From Promethearchaeota archaeon (lineage in GTDB: Archaea; Asgardarchaeota; Lokiarchaeia; Sigyniarchaeales; SOKP01): a DNA stretch of 64,000 nucleotides. A program made the translations under genes and the position numbers. This document shows positions 57,267 to 64,000 of this stretch, one piece after another. Positions within the stretch are counted from its first letter, which is position 1. Every line of letters begins with the position of its first letter. Where the stretch lies: assembly GCA_019058245.1 (NCBI GenBank), contig JAHPZJ010000014.1:1-64000 (forward strand), given 5' to 3'. Below the pieces are notes generated by a model. That model made no database searches and was not told where the DNA came from. It saw nothing but the letters and a program-made list of their open reading frames with translations.

Positions 57267-58235
57267 ATGTCTAAAAATACAGGATATGTTCTAATAATTG
57301 GTTCTAGTAATCTGGATTTCATGATTTATTCTAAAAGATTTCCAAATCCAGGAGAAACTGTTACTGGAGGATCATTTAAGCAATATTTAGGGGGAAAAGG
57401 AGCTAATCAAGCAGTAGCTTCGGTAAGATCAGGCTCTATGACTATTTTCATTGGAAAAATTGGAACTGATTTCTTTGGTGATCAAATGGTCTCTCAATTG
57501 ACAGATGAAGGAATTAATATGAATCATATTATCAGAGATTCCAAAGAACCAAGTGGAGTTGCTTTTATTTTAATTGATCAAAATGGTGAAAATATGATAA
57601 GTGTAGCACCTGGAGCAAATTTTAATCTGAAACCAGAAGAGATTAGATCTAGAGCTCAAATCATAAAAAATGCAAATTCCATCGTGGTTCAGATGGAAAT
57701 TCCTATAGAAACTATTCAGGAAATATTTAAAATAGCTTCTGAAGGGAATGCAATCAAAATTCTAAATCCTGCTCCCTTAAAACCCCTCCCAGTTGATATC
57801 TTTAGTAAAGTTGATATTATTATTCCTAATGAAGGTGAGCTTTTTCGTTTATATTCTCTATTAGGGTTTAAAGATATATTAGGGGAGAATACACAAAAAA
57901 TATTCCAAATTTCGAGGGATATAGCAAATTTAGGGTTAAAATTTATCATTACAACATTAGGAAATAGAGGATGCCTAATTTTTGATAAAAAAAATGATAA
58001 GTTTTATCAAGTGGCTACTCCAAAGGTTAAACCTGTAGACACTGTAGGGGCGGGTGATTGTTTTATAGGGGTTTTAGCTAGTCAGTTGAATAAAGGTATA
58101 GATATTGTAAATGCTGCTAAATTTGCCACGGTAGCAGCCTCTATTGCTGTTACTAGAAAAGGAGCGCAAGAATCAATGCCTTTTTCAAATGAAATTCATA
58201 ATAAATTAAAAGATTTGAATTTAAATAATAACTAA
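57267..58235 (+). CDS. rbsK: ribokinase (PfkB family)
   Basis: GSSNLD, PGETV, GGKGANQA, GEN.I.VAPGAN, LNPAP, PNEGE, DTVGAGDCF. Confidence 0.92.
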   Translation: MSKNTGYVLIIGSSNLDFMIYSKRFPNPGETVTGGSFKQYLGGKGANQAVASVRSGSMTIFIGKIGTDFFGDQMVSQLTDEGINMNHIIRDSKEPSGVAFILIDQNGENMISVAPGANFNLKPEEIRSRAQIIKNANSIVVQMEIPIETIQEIFKIASEGNAIKILNPAPLKPLPVDIFSKVDIIIPNEGELFRLYSLLGFKDILGENTQKIFQISRDIANLGLKFIITTLGNRGCLIFDKKNDKFYQVATPKVKPVDTVGAGDCFIGVLASQLNKGIDIVNAAKFATVAASIAVTRKGAQESMPFSNEIHNKLKDLNLNNN

Positions 58236-58243
58236 AAGGTTTA

Positions 58244-58924
58244 ATGAAGGTGTATACAGAATATATCCCCATTCAAAGAAGTACTTTGTTGAGGAAGACA
58301 GATATTAAGGAATTAGTAATTAAAATAGATCAAAAACATCTAAAGGATATATTCTTAATTAATGGTTCAAATTTTAAAACTGAAGCAATAAAAACTTCAG
58401 ATTTATTAATTAAACCTTATACTCATTACATGATAATAAATAGGGGAAAAGATATACTTGATATTCAATATAATCAAGACATCTTTGATCATCAAGTAAT
58501 ATATGATCCTTATAAATATGAATCATCCCAGAAGAAGTTTTTAGAACCAAATTGGTTTATAGAAAGATATAGTATCCCGAAAGGATATATTGATACACTT
58601 CCCAAGTGGTATAGCTTTAAATTTACTTATCCCGATTATAATTTGATATTTGTTCGACCAGAATTTGGGCTTTCCATCCAAATCCATAAACATAGAAATG
58701 AAACATGGGAATTATTAGAAGGTAAACCTATTATAATTACAGGAAATACCGTACATTATTTTGTTGAAACGGGCTTTATATGTCAAAATCATATTAATAC
58801 TTACCATTCTATCATTAATCCTAATAAAGAAGAAGATAAATATGTACTGATAAAAGAAAGATGGAACGGAGATTTTGATGAAAGTGATATAGATCGCGTT
58901 TTTAATCCAAATGAGTATCAATAA
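58244..58924 (+). CDS. cupin-domain protein (type II mannose-6-phosphate isomerase C-terminal-like)
   Basis: LSIQIHKHRNETWELLEG...YHSIIN...DESDIDR. Confidence 0.65.
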   Translation: MKVYTEYIPIQRSTLLRKTDIKELVIKIDQKHLKDIFLINGSNFKTEAIKTSDLLIKPYTHYMIINRGKDILDIQYNQDIFDHQVIYDPYKYESSQKKFLEPNWFIERYSIPKGYIDTLPKWYSFKFTYPDYNLIFVRPEFGLSIQIHKHRNETWELLEGKPIIITGNTVHYFVETGFICQNHINTYHSIINPNKEEDKYVLIKERWNGDFDESDIDRVFNPNEYQ

Positions 58925-59152
58925 TAAATTTCTACTAGTAAATGAAGTAGATAAAAAGGCGTTTCTTATTTTAGGAATAAACAAAAGTGAGATTTTCTTC
59001 AAAATTACATCTAACACTTATAAGTTTTATGATTTTTGCGTGCTTAACCTAAAAGTTAAAATTTAATTGAATACTAAAAACCTTATCGTAATATGATTTA
59101 TGAGAAAAAATTTACCAAATAATATTAATGGAATAAGTAGATTGGTTAAAAA

Positions 59153-59728
59153 ATGGCTCCAGAAGAAAAATTTGATGAAAAAAAATCTGAAGAAAAGGAA
59201 GAAACGTTAAATAATGATTTAGAAAAAGACTCAAATTCAGAGAAAGGCACTGAAACTGAATCTGAAACAGAATCAACAGAAGTATTAGAAGAAGAACGAG
59301 AATTAGACACAGAAGCAGAGTTAGATAGACTAAGATTCAAATATAGAGGGCATACCATTGATGAATTGAAGAAAATGAATATGGATCAATTCATACAATT
59401 ATTACCAGCCAGAGCCAGACGCTCATTAAAACGAGGCTTACCTCCTAGACAAAAAAAATTACTAGAAAGACTAAGACACGCATATCGTGCTAAAAAAAGA
59501 GGCAAGGATTTAACTACTAGAACACATGTGAGAGATATGATCATATTTCCTGAAATGGTTGGTCTCAAAATTGGTGTTTACAATGGTCGAATTTTTGAAA
59601 TTGTTGATATAAGACCAGAAATGATTGGACATTATTTAGGAGAATTCTCTCTTACAAGGAAAAGAGTACAACACGGTTCTCCCGGAATTGGAGCCACAAG
59701 AAGTTCAAAATATGTTCCGTTAAAATGA
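59153..59728 (+). CDS. rps19p: 30S ribosomal protein uS19 with an acidic N-terminal extension
   Basis: [54 protein letters not shown]. Confidence 0.97.
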   Translation: MAPEEKFDEKKSEEKEETLNNDLEKDSNSEKGTETESETESTEVLEEERELDTEAELDRLRFKYRGHTIDELKKMNMDQFIQLLPARARRSLKRGLPPRQKKLLERLRHAYRAKKRGKDLTTRTHVRDMIIFPEMVGLKIGVYNGRIFEIVDIRPEMIGHYLGEFSLTRKRVQHGSPGIGATRSSKYVPLK

Positions 59729-59748
59729 TAATATAATAAACAAGTTGA

Positions 59749-60234
59749 TTGAAATTGCCTAATTGGGGTTATTCTTTTACAGAAGAGAAATATGATGCAG
59801 ATAGATTAGCAAAGGCATCGGGTAGAGATATTAGAATTAAACCAAAACATGCAAGAGAAATATGTGCTGTAATTAAAGGTATGAAAGTAGAACAAGCAAA
59901 ATCATACTTAGAGAAAGTAATCAGCTTAAAACAATCAGTACCTTTTAGAAGGCATAAGAAAAAAGTGGCGCATAGACATGATTTGAAACAATTTAAATGG
60001 TATGCTGGACGATATCCTCAAAAAGCAGCGGCCAGAATATTTGAAATTCTTACATCTGTTGAATCCAACGCAGAATATAAAGGTTTAGATATTGATTTAT
60101 GTAGGATTATCCATTCTGCAACGCATAGAGGTAGAATAATAAAAAGAAATATTCCTAGAGCACATGGTCGTAGCACAGCTAGAAATAAACATCTCTCACA
60201 TATAGAAATTATAATTTATGAGTTCCCTAGTTAG
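59749..60234 (+). CDS. rpl22p: 50S ribosomal protein uL22
   Basis: KHAREIC..IKGM, VPFRRH, GRYPQKAA, NAEYKGLD, PRAHGRST. Confidence 0.97.
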   Translation: MKLPNWGYSFTEEKYDADRLAKASGRDIRIKPKHAREICAVIKGMKVEQAKSYLEKVISLKQSVPFRRHKKKVAHRHDLKQFKWYAGRYPQKAAARIFEILTSVESNAEYKGLDIDLCRIIHSATHRGRIIKRNIPRAHGRSTARNKHLSHIEIIIYEFPS

Positions 60235-60284
60235 GTTAATTTATAATAGATTTAAAAGTATATTTTTAAAGATTTTGAAATAAA

Positions 60285-61076
60285 ATGAGTCCACTAGTAA
60301 AAAACTTTATTGAACAAGGGATTAAGTTGATGCAAATAAATGAATATTTGCGTTCAGAGCTAGTTCGTGCTGGATTTGCCGGAGTTGAATTACAACGTAC
60401 ACCACTAGGGGTACGAATAACGTTAAAAACGAGTCGTCCTGGATTAGTCATTGGAAAAGGTGGAAAGAGAATTCAAGAAATAACAGATGTTCTACAAGAT
60501 AGATTCGGCCTAGAGATGCCTCAGATTGAAGTTGAAGAAGTCACAGAGCCAGATCTTGATGCTCAGATTATGGCAGAAAGATTAGCTTATTCATTAGATA
60601 GGGGACGACATTATAGACGAGCGGGTTATTACATACTCAGAAAGGTAATGGATGCTGGGGCTCGCGGTGTAGAAATTATTATTTCAGGTAAAGTAACTTC
60701 CCAACGTGCTCGAGTTCAAATCTTTAGAGCTGGAACTATGTCCAAAAGTGGTCAAACTGCTCAAGAAGGTGTGGATAAGGGTGTTGCACAATGTATTCAG
60801 AAATCTGGAGTGCTAGGTATAATTGTAAAAATCATGCGAGCTAATACTAAAATGGGTGATGACATTAAAATTAGGGAAAATCTTTTAGCTAAAGCCCAAG
60901 CAGAAGAAGAAGCAAAATTAGCAAAGACACGAGCAGATTATATAATAGAAGAAGAAGAGGGTATTTTAAGTAAAGAGGAAAAAAAATTGCTTGATGAAGT
61001 AGATGAGGAGGATACATCTGAAATCTCATTAAATTCTGATAAAGAAATCGAAAAATTAGAATCAGATGAAGAATAA
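60285..61076 (+). CDS. rps3p: 30S ribosomal protein uS3
   Basis: TPLGVRI, RPGLVIGKGG, GARGVEIIISGK; acidic C-terminal tail. Confidence 0.97.
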   Translation: MSPLVKNFIEQGIKLMQINEYLRSELVRAGFAGVELQRTPLGVRITLKTSRPGLVIGKGGKRIQEITDVLQDRFGLEMPQIEVEEVTEPDLDAQIMAERLAYSLDRGRHYRRAGYYILRKVMDAGARGVEIIISGKVTSQRARVQIFRAGTMSKSGQTAQEGVDKGVAQCIQKSGVLGIIVKIMRANTKMGDDIKIRENLLAKAQAEEEAKLAKTRADYIIEEEEGILSKEEKKLLDEVDEEDTSEISLNSDKEIEKLESDEE

Positions 61077-61107
61077 CTAGTATATGATTAATAAAGAGTG
61101 ATAAGGA

Positions 61108-61308
61108 ATGGATATTATTACAGCCAAAAAAATCCGAGAAATGGATGATAGAGAAAGAGAAAGAACGTTAATGAATTTAAGAGAAGAATTGATGATGCTC
61201 TACTCAATGCAAACTGGTGGTGGACTTGCTGATAACCCTGCTAAAGCAAAATTATTAAAAAAACAAATAGCGAGAGTATTAACAGTAATAAATGAAGAGG
61301 AACGATGA
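61108..61308 (+). CDS. rpl29p: 50S ribosomal protein uL29
   Basis: KIREM, NPAKAKLLKKQIARVLTV; position after S3. Confidence 0.93.
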   Translation: MDIITAKKIREMDDRERERTLMNLREELMMLYSMQTGGGLADNPAKAKLLKKQIARVLTVINEEER

Positions 61309-61619
61309 TCGATCCAAAATATTTAATATATCATGACTTAATAGGGTTTTCTGCCTATATTAAGCCCAAATCAAAATTAAAAGACAGGGTTTTCTTAGAT
61401 ATAGGTGTTGTAATTAATGATACAAAAAATATGCTAATTACTGAAAAAAATAACAAAATTAAAAAATATATCAAAAAAGATAATATCTTTCGATTTAAGA
61501 TACCTAACTACAAAAGTGAAGAAGAAGAATACTATTTAGAAGTTCAAGGGAATAAAATTGTTGGGTCTCCTATAAATAGATTAAGAAGTTTAAAGAAAAA
61601 GAGATGGTTAAAAACATGA
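61305..61619 (+). CDS. rnp1: RNase P protein subunit Rpp29/Pop4
   Basis: LIYHDLIG, GVVINDTKNML, VQGNKIVGSPINRL; canonical position between L29 and S17. Confidence 0.85.
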   Translation: MIDPKYLIYHDLIGFSAYIKPKSKLKDRVFLDIGVVINDTKNMLITEKNNKIKKYIKKDNIFRFKIPNYKSEEEEYYLEVQGNKIVGSPINRLRSLKKKRWLKT

Positions 61620-61969
61620 GTGACAATATTGGTATTCCTGGTGTGGTTCCTCCAAAGATCAAACCTGGAGAATGCAAAGATCTTTCTTGCCCTTTTCATG
61701 GTAAAACAAGAATTAGGGGAAAAATTACTCAAGGAATCGTAGTAAGTAAAAAATCAAAAAATACCATCATTATAAGACGTGATTATGTTCAATTTGTTAA
61801 AAAATATCAAAGATATGAACGTCGTAATACACGCTTAGCATGTCATTTAACAGATTGTTTAAGTCATGAAATTCAAATTGGAGATTTAGTAAGAGTTGGT
61901 GAATCTAGAAAGATTTCGAAAACAAAAGCTTTTATCGTGTTAGAAAAAATTTCGAGTAAGGTGGATTAA
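61616..61969 (+). CDS. rps17p: 30S ribosomal protein uS17
   Basis: C.D.SCPFHG, RIRGK, KYQRYERR, ESRKISKTK; ATGA overlap with the rnp1 stop. Confidence 0.96.
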   Translation: MSDNIGIPGVVPPKIKPGECKDLSCPFHGKTRIRGKITQGIVVSKKSKNTIIIRRDYVQFVKKYQRYERRNTRLACHLTDCLSHEIQIGDLVRVGESRKISKTKAFIVLEKISSKVD

Positions 61970-62395
61970 ATGGGAACTAGAAGAAAATTGGGACGAAAAA
62001 CATATTCTAAACCTCGTACCAGCTATGGATTATGCAATGGATCTAAAATAAATATTGCTGATAATTCTGGAGCTAAAATAGCTCAAATAATTAATGTAGA
62101 CAGTTTCAAGACGAGATTGAGAAGATTACCAAAAGCCTCTGTTGGAAGTGTATGCACTGTAACAATAAAAAAAGGAAAACCTGAATTAAGAGGAAATGTA
62201 GTAAAAGCTGTAATTGTTAGACAGAAAATGATTTATAGACGTATAGATGGAACTAGATTATGTTTTGAAGATAATGCGGGTGTCATTGTCACCAAGGAAG
62301 GTGAACCTAAAGCTACAGAGATAAGAGGGCCTATTGCCCGAGAGGCAGCTGAAATGTTTCCAAGATTGGCATCAATTTCATCATTAATAATTTAA
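61970..62395 (+). CDS. rpl14p: 50S ribosomal protein uL14
   Basis: ADNSGAK, KKGKPELR, FEDNAGVIV, GPIAREAAE. Confidence 0.97.
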   Translation: MGTRRKLGRKTYSKPRTSYGLCNGSKINIADNSGAKIAQIINVDSFKTRLRRLPKASVGSVCTVTIKKGKPELRGNVVKAVIVRQKMIYRRIDGTRLCFEDNAGVIVTKEGEPKATEIRGPIAREAAEMFPRLASISSLII

Positions 62396-62409
62396 TCAAA
62401 GGTGTAAAA

Positions 62410-62838
62410 ATGAAAGTAAAATCAAAACAACCAAGAAAGCAAAGAAAGGCACTGTATAGTTACAAAAATCATCAACGGTCAAAATTACTGAGCACAAGGG
62501 TAGCAGATTTTCTTCGAGATGAATATGGAATAAAAAAACTTCCTCTCAGAGTTGGAGATCAAGTTCGAGTATGCAGAGGCGAATTTAGGGATTTTGAGGG
62601 TGAAGTAATTGAAGTAACCAATAATTTAAGATGTAAAATTAAAGAGTGTACATTTGAAAAAACAGATGGAACTCAATTTAATCCTGCTATTCATATTTCA
62701 AATTTAGTGATAACTAAATTTACTAAAGAAAAAAAAATGGATCCATGGCGAGCTAATATGATTGAAAGAAAAGCAATATATGGATTTTATGAAGAGGAAT
62801 TAAAAGCGCCAAAGAAGGAAAAAGAGGTGGAAAAATAA
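62410..62838 (+). CDS. rpl24p: 50S ribosomal protein uL24
   Basis: SKQPRKQRK, LPLRVGDQVRVCRG, IHISNLVITK. Confidence 0.96.
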   Translation: MKVKSKQPRKQRKALYSYKNHQRSKLLSTRVADFLRDEYGIKKLPLRVGDQVRVCRGEFRDFEGEVIEVTNNLRCKIKECTFEKTDGTQFNPAIHISNLVITKFTKEKKMDPWRANMIERKAIYGFYEEELKAPKKEKEVEK

Positions 62839-62841
62839 AAA

Positions 62842-63588
62842 ATGACGAGACATGGAGGTCAAAAAACGTTAAAAAGACTAAATACACCCGTTTTCTTACA
62901 AATTAAAAGAAAACATGGTACATTTTTTGTTAAACCAGCTGCAGGTCCACATCCTAGCAGATTTTGTTTACCACTTCTACATATTATTAGAGACATTCTC
63001 AAGATTGTTGAAAATCATAACGAAGCAAAAAAATTAATTGTAGCAGGACAGTTTAAAGTTGATGGAAAAGTAGTGAGAGATAAAGCTTATCCCCTAGGTC
63101 TAATGGATGTATTATCCATCAAAAAATTAAATAAACATTATAGAATATTACCAGATTCTCATCATGGATTAATTCTACATGAGATTTCTGAACAAGAGAG
63201 TGTTTTCAAATTGTGCAGGATAAATAATAAAAAAACTGTAAAGAGAGGACATATACAGTTAAATCTGCATGATGGAAGAAATATCTTGATTAAAATTAAT
63301 GATCCCAGAAATCCAAAAGAAGACACATATCAACGTATGGATGTCTTAAAGATTTCAATCCCAGATCAAGAGATTCTTAAAGTTTTAAGGTTTAAGGAAA
63401 ATAATAATGCAATTATTATGTCTGGAAAAAATATTGGTCAAGTTGGAAAAATTATATCCATTTTGAAAAGATTTGGACCAAAGGCTAGTACAGTTTCAAT
63501 TCAACATAACGGAAGTCATACTGAAACTCTATATGATTATACGTTTGTTTTAGGAGAAGACCAACTAGAAATTTCAATACCAGAATGA
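62842..63588 (+). CDS. rps4e: 30S ribosomal protein eS4
   Basis: LKRL, GPH, VDGKVVRD..YPLGLMDV, KLCRI, QLNLHDGRNI. Confidence 0.97.
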   Translation: MTRHGGQKTLKRLNTPVFLQIKRKHGTFFVKPAAGPHPSRFCLPLLHIIRDILKIVENHNEAKKLIVAGQFKVDGKVVRDKAYPLGLMDVLSIKKLNKHYRILPDSHHGLILHEISEQESVFKLCRINNKKTVKRGHIQLNLHDGRNILIKINDPRNPKEDTYQRMDVLKISIPDQEILKVLRFKENNNAIIMSGKNIGQVGKIISILKRFGPKASTVSIQHNGSHTETLYDYTFVLGEDQLEISIPE

Positions 63589-63851
63589 ATATATAAGAAT
63601 CAAAAGAATTTTAATTATTTATACAAATAAAAATATTTAATTTCCCTCCTAATAGGAATAACAAAAATATTTTTCCTATATTGCTTAAAAATATTAAAGT
63701 TATTTGAGGTAAACTAAAGGTTTATTATTAACCTAAAACTTATTATAGCATAATAATGAAATAAGGGAGGGCATTCCCAAAATCTATTCGAATTTTTACA
63801 GATATAGTATATTTATTCAACAAATTAATATTAATTTATGATAATTTCAAG

Positions 63852-64000
63852 ATGAATCATCAAAAAATAGGCAAATTAATTAATTATTCAAATAAAACCA
63901 TTGAGATTGAAAATAGTAACCGTATTGCTATTGTTAAGGTTAAGGATTATAATCCTGAAAATGTTCGAAGTGGATTATTAAGAATCATAGAATTGTTAAA
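63852..64000 (+). CDS. start of a probable DUF362-like protein (runs off the window)
   Basis: Open frame MNHQKIGKL...NRIAIVKVKDYNPENVRSGLLRIIELL resembles DUF362 N-termini; not ribosomal protein L5. Confidence 0.45.
   Translation, partial: MNHQKIGKLINYSNKTIEIENSNRIAIVKVKDYNPENVRSGLLRIIELL

Noticed and set aside
1671-61732. Many short ORFs in the six-frame track overlapping longer genes (e.g. 1671..1862, 9006..9398, 27557..27889, 48642..49076, 52085..52507, 54031..54354)
   Set aside because: They are antisense or off-frame shadows of well-supported genes and have no recognisable motifs.
1-64000. Selenoprotein or stop-codon readthrough (Lokiarchaeia are known to use Sec)
   Set aside because: The TGA-ending genes I checked (map, 53932 ORF, rps19p, rpl29p, rnp1, rps4e) end at the expected family C-terminus or have no meaningful continuation. 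HdrC and thioredoxin have ordinary Cys motifs.
1-64000. CRISPR array, transposase, integrase or provirus, including at the tRNA 3' end
   Set aside because: No regularly spaced repeats, no recombinase or transposase motifs, and no duplicated tRNA 3' end were seen.

Overview
Very AT-rich, gene-dense archaeal chromosome segment. It is most consistent with an Asgard archaeon (Lokiarchaeia/Promethearchaeia-like): it has archaeal ribosomal proteins (S4e, Rpp29 inside the spc cluster) plus several eukaryotic-signature-type proteins. In order: a MoxR/DUF58/DUF4350 membrane cluster; a five-gene minus-strand operon joining lipoate assembly (LipS2-LplA-LipS1) to F420 synthesis (FbiB-like CofE-nitroreductase fusion, CofD); a bacterial-core LeuRS with an archaeal C-terminus; a longin-like protein, a tandem Bet3/V4R pair and a roadblock protein; a translocon/N-glycosylation locus (Sec61beta divergent from ribophorin I, Trm112, an intron-containing tRNA-Gln, AglH/ALG7, a large M48 protease, a UbiA-family phosphoribosyltransferase, DUF354); an oligopeptide ABC transporter; RNA methyltransferases, two RecA-family paralogs and an RPC34/TFE-beta homolog; small OSTC/DC2-like and DPM2-like membrane proteins; and a ribosomal protein cluster running only from S19 to S4e. 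The strongest candidates for an under-described system are (i) a proto-ER co-translational N-glycosylation set (Sec61beta, RPN1, DC2/OSTC, ALG7, DPM2) and (ii) a TRAPP-like Bet3 heterodimer neighbourhood. The clearest direct sequence finding is a 29-nt T-loop (59/60) intron with a canonical bulge-helix-bulge in a tRNA-Gln that also has an atypical C33. No CRISPR array, rRNA or mobile element was seen. All family calls come from motif recognition by eye, not database searches.
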